64,000 bases of DNA from Spirogloea muscicola (lineage: Eukaryota): the NCBI GenBank assembly GCA_009602725.1, contig WELB01000030.1:564447-628446 (forward strand). The letters are read 5' to 3'. Of this stretch, positions 25,137 through 35,336 are shown piece after piece (the first letter of the stretch is position 1; each line of letters starts with the position of its first letter). The notes under the pieces were generated by a model. That model saw only the letters and a program-made list of their open reading frames with translations. It ran no database searches and had not been told where the DNA came from. A program made the translations under genes and the position numbers.

Positions 25137-25446
25137 TCCATCCTCCCCCCGTTTCTGACATAGCTTCGTCAGGCCCCTTCGTAGCTGCAAAACGTTTTTG
25201 GCCCCTTCGAGCCTTTGTCAATTCTTTTCGGGCTGGCTTTTCACAGCCCTTGCCCCCATTGGGAGTGCCACTTCTTCTTTCCAGGAAGGGGGTAAAGAAG
25301 AAGAAGAAGTGGTACTCCCAATGGGGTCAAGGGCAAGGGCAGCGAAAAGCCAGCCCAAAAGAATTGACAAAGGTTCGAAGGGGCCTAAGAGCGTTGAGCA
25401 GCTACAAAGGGGCCTGAGAAATACAGGGGGAGGTTGGATCACTCAG
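25137..25446. repeat. Long inverted repeat (foldback/MITE-like hairpin)
   Basis: 25169-25280 is the reverse complement of about 25294-25417 with few mismatches or indels. Looser pairing extends to 25137/25438. The right end is ggatcactcag|ta. Confidence 0.9.
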
Positions 25447-25664
25447 TAGTGACGAGTGAGGAGCCTCAGATCCGACAGACTAGCTGCCGGGAAGCTATCA
25501 CTCTGACGAAAGCCAGAGGCCGCAGCAAGAGCACGGTCAGCACGCAGATGCAGAGCGTGGGCCACGGACCGCTAGGGGGGGTAAGGGTTGTGAAAAGAGG
25601 AGAGAGAAGGAAGGTCACAGGAGCTTGGGGTACACTTGGGGTTTGGGTTTTGGAGGGCTGCCAG

Positions 25665-25853
25665 CGCCACGTGGCGTCTTGCCAGGGCGCGCGGTGCCGC
25701 CCGGCTGGCGGTGGGACAGTTGCGCCACTCGTGCGAGCGGGGGGGCGGCGGGGGACGCTGCGCCGTCGGATCTGGCGGTCCCGCCAGATGTGGCGGGCCA
25801 GCTGGCCGCCGCCAGATCTGGCGGGGCCTGGCACGCCCGCCAGATCTGGCGGG
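25665..25853. promoter_or_regulatory. Candidate HMGR promoter elements: extended G-box and repeated CCGCCAGATCTGGCGG palindromes
   Basis: cgccacgtggcg lies at 25665-25676. Palindromes lie at 25809-25824 and 25836-25853, with a one-mismatch copy at 25780-25797 and a half site at 25769-25778. Confidence 0.5.
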
Positions 25854-26393
25854 GCCCCGGCCAGACGCGGGCGGGGGGCGCGTTTCGAAACGAGGGGGAT
25901 GGCGGGCAGGTGGCGCGCGTGTGAACGGGGGCCGGGGCCCGCCCTCCCTCCTCCCCCCCTCCACCCCGCGGGGCCTTCGGGGCACCTTCGCCCGGGCGCC
26001 TCCCTCCTCCCCCCCTCCTCCACCACCTTCTTCCTGATTGACGGCTATGGCTGCCCAGACGGGCCTCGTCTGACCCGCGCCCGCCGCCGCCGGGCCCGCG
26101 CCTGCCGCCGCCGCCGCCGCCNNNNNNNNNNNNNNNNNNNNNNNNNNNNNNNNNNNNNNNNNNNNNNNNNNNNNNNNNNNNNNNNNNNNNNNNNNNNNNN
26201 NNNNNNNNNNNNNNNNNNNNNNNNNNNNNNNNNNNNNNNNNNNNNNNNNNNNNNNNNNNNNNNNNNNNNNNNNNNNNNNNNNNNNNNNNNNNNNNNNNNN
26301 NNNNNNNNNNNNNNNNNNNNNNNNNNNNNNNNNNNNNNNNNNNNNNNNNNNNNNNNNNNNNNNNNNNNNNNNNNNNNNNNNNNNNNNNNNNNN

Positions 26394-28974
26394 GGCGGCG
26401 GCGGTGGCGGAGGCGGCGGCGCGGCCCGTCCGCGGAGCCCCCGGGCGACGGACGGGCTGCCGCTGCCGCTGTGGGCCACGACGCCCTTCTTCGGCGCGCT
26501 GTTCGTGGTGGCGACGTGGTTCCTGCTGCGGCGCTGGCAGGCCAAGAGCGCGGAGACGGCCGACAAGTTCTCGCACCTGAGCGCCGGCGAGGTGGTGGCC
26601 ATCATCGCCGAGTTCTCGTCGTTCGTCTACCTCATCGGCTTCTGCGGCATCGGCTACGTCCAGGCCGGCCTAGGCAAGGGCGCTGACGGCGAGGACGAGT
26701 CCGACGACGCCTCCGACGGCAGCGGCGGCGGCTGTGAGGACGGCGACGAGGACCAGCGCCAGGCCGTCGGCGGCTCCCTGGCGGGCTCTGCCGCCGCTGC
26801 CTCTGCGGCCAACTCGGAGAAGCAGGGCGAGCGGCCGCCGGCGGTGGGCGCTGCCGCGGCCGACGTGCGGCGGCCGCCCATGACGCGCGTGGCCAGCGCC
26901 GTCGGGCACGCCGATGCCTTCACCGCGGCGATGACCAACGACACCCTCGCCAACGCGGTGGTCAGCGGGCAGCTGCCATCGCACCTCCTGGAGGACCGCC
27001 TCGGAGACCCGGCGCGGGCGGTGGCTGTGCGCCGGCGCGCCGTGGAGCTTCGGACGGGCCGCTCCCTGGATGGCCTTCCGCACGACGCCTACGACTATGC
27101 GCCCGTTGTCGGCGCGTGCTGCGAGATGGTCATCGGCCACGTGCCGATCCCCGTCGGCGTGGCTGGCCCGCTGCTCCTGGATGGTGTCGAGTACAGCCTG
27201 CCCATGGCCACCACCGAAGGCTGCCTCGTCGCCTCCACCAACCGCGGATGCAAGGCCATCGCGCTGTCGCACGGCGCCACCTCCGTGCTCCTGCGCGACT
27301 CCATGACGCGCGCTCCCGTAGTGCGCTTTGCCTCCATTGTCCGCGCGGTGGAGCTCAAGCGCTTCCTCGACGATCCTGTCAACTTTGAGGCCATCGCTGA
27401 GGACTTCAACAGCTCCAGCAGGTCCGGCAGCACCAGCCAGCCGGCTGGCCTCCTTAGTCAATCAGTCAGTCAGATGGTCGGTCGGTCGGTCGGTTGGCCG
27501 GTCGGTCGTTCCTTGTTCCTCCAGCCCATTCAGCTCATGGTTGCAGAAGATGCTGCATGCATGTCCAAGCATACAGAGGAGTGCTGGCACCTTCTGTTTG
27601 CACTGACTGACAGCCGATCTTGCTGCTGCCACCGGACTGACGGCCGACACTTGCTGCTGCCACCGGACGGCAGGTTCGCTCGGCTGCAAAGTGTGAGCGT
27701 GGCGCTTGCTGGCCGCAATGCGTACCTGCGCTTTGGGTGCTTCACGGGCGATGCCATGGGCATGAACATGGCATCCAAGGGCACTCAGCAGCTGCTGGAG
27801 TCGCTGCGCAACCGCCATGGCTTCCCGGACATGGAGGTCATCAGCATCTCTGGCAACTTCTGCGCCGACAAGAAGTCCACTGCTGTGAACTGGATCGAGG
27901 GCCGCGGCAAGTCGGTCGTCTGCGAGGCCGTCATACCTGGCGCTGTGGTACGGTGGATTGCATGCGCCCCTGCCATTGTTGCCGGCCTCGCTTCTATCAC
28001 CCGGGCATGAGCCTGCACGCCAAATAGTACAGCCTTTGACTAATAATGTGGTGCGCTGCTGGGGCAGGTGAACAAGGTGCTCAAGACGACGGTGGCTGCA
28101 CTCGTGGAGCTGAATATGGTGAAGAATCTGGCAGGTTCCGCAATTGCGGGCGCCATGGGCGGCTTCAACGCACACGCCTCCAACATTGTGACCGCCGTTT
28201 TCATTGCCACTGGGCAGGTGTGCTGACTTGGCACCCAGCACCGCAATCCTCTTGTGCTCGTCACCTGGAAGTCCGACACAAGTATGCAGCCGACGGTATA
28301 GGAGGACAGATAAATACGTTCAGAATGTATCAAAGTAGCTGGCTGATCCTAAAGTGGTGTTTCCTGATAGAAAGGTTGAAGATTGGGCTTACTATCAAGG
28401 ACCCATTTAGCCAGTCATTCAGTCCAGCTATCTGTCGCTTGAGAGTTGGGCGTCTTGCACGGGTGTGACACACTACGAGCTGACTGACCCTTGTGGTGCG
28501 GCTGCCGCTGCTGCCGCTGCTTGCACTGAGCAGGACCCTGCGCAGAACGTGGAGAGTAGCAACTGCATCACAATGATGGAGGCCGTGAATGGCGGTGCGG
28601 ACCTGCATGCGTCTGTCACGATGCCGTCCATTGAGGTGGGCACAGTCGGCGGCGGCACATTCCTTGCGCCGCAGGCGGCGGCGCTCAACATGCTAGGCGT
28701 GCGGGGGCCCCATCCAGACACCCCTGGCACCAACGCCCAACGCCTGGCGCGCATAGTTGCCGGGGCCGTGCTCGCTGGCGAGCTCTCGCTCATGTCCGCG
28801 CTCGCCGCTGGCCAGCTGGTGAGGAGCCACCTCAAGTACAACCGGTCCAGCACCTCCCTCGCCGCTGCTACTGCGGCGGCCCTGGCTGTGGACACCTCTG
28901 CTGGAGCTCCTGATGGCGCCCCTGCTGCCGATGCTGCTCCCGCCGTAACGTCCAAGCTGGCGGCTGGTTTATGA
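26394..28974 (+). CDS. HMGR: 3-hydroxy-3-methylglutaryl-CoA reductase (class I, plant type); exons gap-27421, 27674-27947, 28068-28217, 28534-28974; start in the gap
   Basis: It has a two-TM N-terminus ([25 protein letters not shown]), the motifs [31 protein letters not shown] and EVGTVGGGT, and the C-terminal HLKYNRSS. Confidence 0.97.
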
Positions 28975-30064
28975 AGCTCTCCCAGGTCGCTCAGCTTGCT
29001 CGCGTTGGGCTTCGCCACCTGACATCTGCAGGTTCTCGCCCTCTAGGGATGCAGTCCTATCACCCTCACGCTGCTCTGCATGTGGCACGCGACTGCCCGC
29101 CAGCAGCTCAAGCAGCAGCAGCGCCACAGTGGCGGAATCCTGGCGCTGGTTCTACTTCGAAATTGCACAGACCCTTGCCCCTGGTGCCTTACATGAGCGC
29201 CTCTGGTGCAGCTAGAGGCGATAGGAGTTGCAGAAGCGTAGGCGCTTGGCTCTCTGTTGATTTGATTGTGAGATTTAGGACCACCGTAGGCTGCCCCCGA
29301 GTGATTGGTTCCCAGTAGCTGGTGCTTGAGATGCCAAATTCTTTTGACCATGTGCTCCGCCGATGATTCTATTGCATGGTCGCAGTGCGGGAGACAAGGC
29401 CGGTGCAGTGCGCGCAGCGCAGCCGGCCAGCTCTGCATGCGTGCCTTCACCCAATCTCCCTCTATCTCTGCTTCGGCCTGCTCTTGCTCTGTACTGCATT
29501 CTGCAAGCATTCCCCTTTGCCACCAGTCTTGCTCAGCAGTCCTAGCGGTCTGCAGTGCCCGTCATCAGCTCTACGTCGGCAAGAGATCAATGGCGGGCTC
29601 CAGCCACACGTGCAGGATGTCGGCTGCCGCGCAGCAGGGCTTGCTCTGGAGGCCAGCGGCGAAGGCGGCTGGTGCATGCGGCACCGTGGGTCAAGGCGTG
29701 CTGGTCTGCTGTGCAGTCACAGAGCCGGCACATCGTTGTTGTGGGAGGACGAATGCGGCTTGAGACAGCCAACAGCGCAGCAGCGGCAGCCCATGCCCAA
29801 GCAGTCGATGAGCGTTTTGCACGTCCGCCGGCGGCGGCGGAGGCGGCGGCGGCGGCGGCGTGAGAGCCGCACTCTGCGCTCCTTCGCCGTGCCGGCGAGC
29901 CTCCGCGACGAGGCCTGCCCGGGGGTTTAGGCGTCAAGGCTTCGGGTTTGAAGTCGCACGCCGTCACAGTGGCGCGGGCTCCGCCACGGCGGGGCACGGC
30001 CTGGAGCCTCCTGCGAGCCGCCGCGGCGGCGGCGGCGGCGGCGGAGGCGAGGGCGGCGGCTGAC

Positions 30065-30172
30065 CAGCGCGACGAGGCCGATGAAGGCGTAGGCGGCGGC
30101 GAGGCCGTAGTAGATGCGGTCCTGCCACGCCTCGTCCTCGTCCACGTCGTCCCACCACCGCGCGAGGCCGCC

Positions 30173-30180
<8 letters not shown>
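30065..30180 (-). CDS. TOM1: Isolated first coding exon of a tobamovirus multiplication 1 (TOM1/TOM3/THH1) family membrane protein (partial)
   Basis: WWDDVDEDEAWQDRIYYGLAAAYAFIGLVAL followed by a gt donor matches the TOM1 N-terminus (WWDDVNES..WQD.IF..L...YALVS.VAL). (GCC)n tracts lie on both sides. The remaining exons were not found. Confidence 0.75.
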
Positions 30181-30206
<26 letters not shown>

Positions 30207-30378
30207 GGCAGCAGCACAGGTCACGGGTTCGAGCCGGGATGGCAGCACTTCGCCCACCACGCGTCACTTGGCTCACTCACGCGGCGCCGGCCCCCCGGTC
30301 ATTCTTGCCACCGGGGAGAGTAAATAGCTCTTCTTCTTCTGAAACAGCTCTCCCAGCGTAAAGAAAGCGTCAACAACT

Positions 30379-30600
30379 GTTCACAGCCCCTCGCCCGCTG
30401 GTTATCGAGCGCCCACTTGCTGACGTCTTGAAGAATAGTATCCTGCCATTTTGCGCCATCTTGCCCTTTTTGCCCCCATTGGGAGAGCCACTTTCGTTTC
30501 AGACCTTGTACAGTCCTTTGGGCAGGCCTTTCACAGCCACTGCCTTATATTGGAAGAGCCGTTTCTCCTCTGGAAGAACTTACTCCACGAAAAAGGAAAC
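30379..30600 (+). repeat. Further copies of the 24-25 kb hairpin repeat family
   Basis: ttgcccccattgggagagccact (about 30470-30492) matches 25250-25272. tttgggcaggcctttcacagccactgcc..tggaagagccgtttctc (30517-30567) matches the module consensus. Confidence 0.75.
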
Positions 30601-30692
30601 GAGAGCTCTTCCAAGTGAATCAGATTACNGGCGGCGGCGGCGGTCGCGGGCGGGGGGTTCAGGCGCTGCGCTGCGGTGCGGGTGCGGCGTAG

Positions 30693-33600
30693 GTGGCTGT
30701 GGCATTCACAGCGGGCCCGGGCTGCGACGTCGCGCACCTCGTCGTGGACCTCGTCGCGCGCCTCGGCGGCGCCACGCCCGTCGGCGGCGCCGAGATGAGC
30801 ATCACCGCCTGGGACAGGTTTTGGGCCGCCGCCGCCGCTGCCGCCGCAACCGCCGCCTTAGCCGCTGCGCCAGACCCTGCGGCAGTCTGCGGCTGCAATC
30901 CTGCTATATAACATGTAATATACGGTTTTCAATCTTCAACACCTATACCTTAATTTCTAAACTGTAAACTTCTAAGACAAGCATTTAGGGTTTTGAACCC
31001 TAAACCCTAAACACGTAAGTCTGGAACCCTTAACCTTGATCTCTTAAGACCAACCCACTTCGCTGACGGCCGTCTCGTGGCTGGCAGCGCAGCCCAATTG
31101 CGCGGCAGGTGATCGTCTCCGCTCTGCCTCCGGCAGAGCAGGCGAGTCCGCCGGCGCCCGCGGAGCTGGCCGCCGCTGCCGGCGGTGGCAACGTCGGGAA
31201 GGGTTGGACAGCAGCAGCCTCTCGTGAGGGCGCGCTCAGCGTGCTCGTCTTCGTGCCGCTCCTTGGCGAGGCCATGCCGGTGAGCCGGTGCGCTCCGACC
31301 ATCTTCTGTCGTATCAGCGCTGCGTCGACACTTTGCTACGATCCTCGACGAGGCCACTGCTCCGCAGCACTAAGGGATTGTGTCGGTTTCTTAGGCAGTT
31401 GCAGTGAAGCCCGAATACCCACACAGCTTTAGAAAATGACGCTCATGTAAATATCGTACATAATGTTACGTAATGTTGAGAACAATGTTCAATCCTTGCG
31501 TTCTTAGCCCTCTGCCAAAAAGACATCTCCTTCATGCCTGGCGAGTAGTCGGGCTGCTCTCGGCCAGGACTGACGAGCTGCGGCAATAGTGATATATGGC
31601 TGCGTTGCTATTTGTGTGCAGACTGTGGAGTATGTGAAGGATGGCCGACTGTCTGAGCGTGAGTTGGACGCCATTGTCAGCTCGGTGGCAATCGCTGCTG
31701 GCGGCAGTACCGCACGGCAGCGGCAGGCCAACGAGCGCGAGCTGAGGAAGGGGCTGGAGGGTGACGCCGCCCCACTCCCAGCGCCAGGCCGCAGCGAGTG
31801 GCGCGAGCGTGAGCGGGCTTGGGCGGAGCGCCGTGACCGGGAGCGAGAGACAGAGCGGCAGGCAGCGCAGCGGCGTCTCGGGAACGACCAGCGTGACAGC
31901 AGCGCGGTCCTGGAGAAGCTCGAGGCGCTGGGCGTGAAGGTGTACAGGCCGGCTGCTACGCCAGATGAAAGGGACGGGGGCGATGACAGCGCGCTGCCAG
32001 GTGCAGATGCCTGGGGCACACTGGCCGGCTACGAGGAGCAGAAGCGGTCAGTATCAGCGAAGATAACTCTGGCTCATTGTATTATGAAGCCCCGCACTAC
32101 ATGACTGGATCTCCGCAACGGATCATGGTATTAAGCAGTATACTTTGGCCCTTTGCCTGCAAAACTTAAGGTCTTGAGCCACGAAGTATCTGAGACCTGT
32201 AGACCGTTATTATCGGCCTTAGCTGAGCTCATTAGCAACGAGCGTAAACTGAAGGTGAGATTGAGCAAGTCCTTCTGCACGCCGAGGTGCCAACAACTTT
32301 AGTGTCAGCTATCTGGCGAGTCACAGGGCTAGCAGCTGCCTCAGCAGCAACCCTCCTTTTCCTGACTGGCGCTGGTGCTGGCATGAGACAGCTGCCCGTG
32401 CTGCGCAGCTCTCAACAAACTAAGCAAACGGTGGTCCTGCGCTCCATTTCTGCACAGGGAAATCGAGGATACCATCCTTTTGGCACTGCGGCGGCCCGAG
32501 GTGTACGACAGCGTTGCGCGCGGCACACGACGCCGCTTCGAATCTAACCGTCCGCGAGCAGTCCTCTTCGAGGGCCCTCCAGGTGGGCTAGCGGACCGGT
32601 GCTGCCCCCTTCCAAGCATCATATGCAGGCTTCTCAATGTTGCGAGCCCAATATGAATATAGGGCTGGCCATGGCATGACGAACCTCGACAGAACCAAAC
32701 AGGTGTTGGTCATTGGTAACATGGTGATAGCCACGACGACGATACCTAACATGCTAGCTTGTGATGCCCAAACTGAAACCCTATGCTCGTCACTGGCCGC
32801 TGCATAGGCACGGGGAAGACATCGAGCGCAAGAGTCATCGCCGCCCAGGAGGTGAGGAAGACCCCTTCAATCGTCCTCATCATTGAGCAGATCTACCTGT
32901 CGATTCGCCACGACGCGCTGCAGTTGTGGGGAAGGCATTCACTCTGGTGCTCAAGGTCACATGGAGACAGTAGACTCAAGCTGCAGAGCTAGCCTGGAGG
33001 TGGGTTTCATCACAGCTTGCAACTGATGGTGGGGTTTAGGCGATGGGCTGACCGCCCATGTTATGATGCTCTTTGTGGCAACGCGCCAGGGAGTGAGCCT
33101 TCTGTATGTACCGCTGGAGGCCATTGCGTCCAAGTACTATGGCGAGAGCGAGCGCCTCCTGGCGTCAGTCTTCACTGCCAGCAAGACCCTGCAGGGGGGC
33201 GCCATCGTCTTCCTCGATGAGGTCAGCGAGCCAACGCTTGAGCTTCGCCTGGCGGAGCCTTGTTGCGCCCACAGTCCAGGATCTCTACCAATCGCTGCAT
33301 CCTTCAACTTGTGAATACTTTCTCCTCTGCTTCTGTTGTTCCACCTCTTGCCTACCTTCGCATGCTGGCTGGGGACGATGCCCGTGCCTTACATGCTAGG
33401 CAGCCATGGTATCGGGCACAAGAGTGTCAGGGACAATGACAGCATTGCCGAGGCAGCAAGTGAGGCCTCTCCAGCAATGTAAGGCTTGCTCTCTGCTGCA
33501 GATTGACGCCCTCGCGACTGCCCGCAATGGCGAGATGCACGAGGCCACGCGCCGCATCCTCTCCGTGCTCCTCCGGCAGGTGCATGCCGTGTCTCTCTCC

Positions 33601-34878
33601 CAGCCTGAACTTTGCCGGGCCGGCTGCTCTGAGAAGGCTCAGTTGGCTCTCCAGCCTCCCTCTGGCTGCTCACGCAGACGCGACACGTCCTCGAGCAATG
33701 GAGCAATGGGCTCCCCAGCAACTGGCTATATGGAAGTTACGCCAGAGTCTGCTGCTATCCTGCTTGATCAAAGCCTAGGCATCTGCTGGTGCCCTGACTG
33801 AGTGCCTTGCTCTCTGCAGATGGACGGCTTTGAGCGGGACTCAGGGGTAGTTGTGATCGCTGCCACCAACCGCATGCAGGACCTGGACCCGGCTTTGATC
33901 AGGTATGTGCTACTCGAGTGTCGCTTTCCTGAGTCTGCCATAAGTCAGCTGCCTTTGCAATGAGTAACCCTCTGACATGAGCAATGGCAGCTGCCTAGCT
34001 GGTCCCTGCAAAACAAGTCGCACGGCTTGCACCACTGCCCGGCAGTTTGTGACGTGCTCGCATTCGCGCCCCCCGCGCTTCTTGCAGCCGCTTTGATGCG
34101 TCCATCCACTTCGACCTCCCCGACGAGCGGACGAGGGCGGAGATCACTGCGCAGTATGCAAAGCAGCTGAGTCGCGAGGAGCTTGGCGAGGTGGCTGCTG
34201 CCTGTGCTGGGTGAGCCTGATACACAAAGAAGAGCAATGTCCTGCTGGCTGCATCTGTATGTTAATGGAATGAAGTTCGGCGAGGTGAGAAGTTGTGCTT
34301 CTCTGGAAAGTTGCAGCCTTGAGGCAGCCTGCCTGACATTGGCACCTTGCTGCACGCTGTCGCTGGCAGGATGTCAGGCCGTGACATTCGAGACGTGTGC
34401 GAGCAAGCCGAGCGGCACTGGGCGTCCAAGGTGGGTACGAGTACGCGGCACAGCTCCTGAAGCCGCCATGGTTGCATGCTTGCCCATCCAACTACACCAA
34501 TGCCCTCATATGTTAGCCAAAGAATGTGGATTAAGTAGTAGCCTCTAAAATGTGACATTCTGATCATCTGATTTGGCTTTTGGCTTTTGCCGACTCTTGA
34601 AATCGGCCGGTTGTCAGCTCATACGAAAGGGGGTCAGCGCCCAAGGAGGCCAGCTGGACCTGCCCCCGCTTGCAGAGTACCTCAACTGCGCCCAACAGCG
34701 CCAACACAACTTGCCACAGACGGAGAAGCAGCTGGATGTGAGCAGCAGTGGCCTGGCATGGCAGCAGGGTACAGCGTCGCACGACAGCGACAAGGGCAGC
34801 AGAAGCTGGCACCCGCTGCGGCCCTCGGCACAGGATGCCCACTGCACTGCTCGGGTTGCGAAGCTGATGTCACACTGA
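30693..34878 (+). CDS. Single-domain AAA+ ATPase (At4g04180-like, probably mitochondrial); 5' end lost at the join 30629
   Basis: Motifs: [47 protein letters not shown] (Walker A), [19 protein letters not shown] (Walker B), [57 protein letters not shown]. Confidence 0.92.
30984..31011. repeat. Interstitial telomeric / telo-box motif in an intron
   Basis: Sequence reads tttagggtt-ttg-aaccctaaaccctaaa. Confidence 0.7.
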
Positions 34879-35336
34879 CCATCCTGCCAGCCGCCTCTGG
34901 AGATGCCAGCTGTATGAGCGAGTCGGCAGGTGAATGTTGCTGCACAAGAAGCCTCTCGATCCAGACAGGGTGCACTGCAGAGTTCCCCGACAACTCATAG
35001 AAGGTGAGGGCATGTCAGGCCGTTCCAGACTTAGTCATTAGATGAGAGGAGCATGACTGCGTGACTTGCCCCATGGCCGAAAGAGTGTGCATATTGACAC
35101 TTGTAGGGGCAGTGTCAGCTTGCAGCAAGAGAGGCGTGTGAGGCACACTCGCACTTCCATCACACACTCTCGTCTGTTGCCTGTTCAGGAAGTAGAGGAG
35201 GCGTGGTATGAAAGCAGGAAACATGGCCGTCACAGCAACCCTAGTGGTCCAAGCAGGACTTTGGCCGAAGATTTGGCCGAAGTTTTAGCCAAAGGTACAA
35301 AATGGTAAATGCGGAAGAGGCTATCCAGCAGCTCTT

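Noticed and set aside
26047..26073. uORF MAAQTGLV* upstream of HMGR
   Set aside because: The transcription start and true ATG are hidden by the adjacent gap, so a leader position cannot be supported.
27422..27673. In-frame stop-free introns (also in MED10, XDH, PNP2) as exitrons
   Set aside because: They interrupt conserved domains at canonical GT-AG sites, and stop-free short introns are expected by chance at this GC content.
25434..28010. 858-aa ORF as an N-terminally extended HMGR
   Set aside because: It reads through promoter DNA, an N-gap and a 252-nt stop-free intron (27422-27673), so it is an artefact of GC richness.
29043..29830. Minus-strand ORFs including an ARLVAKG peptide reminiscent of copia reverse transcriptase
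   Set aside because: The flanking residues do not continue the RT motif, stops are adjacent, and there are no LTRs or other domains.
30216..30248. tRNA or SINE suggested by ggttcgagcc (B-box-like)
   Set aside because: The T-stem does not pair, and no A-box or cloverleaf is recognisable.
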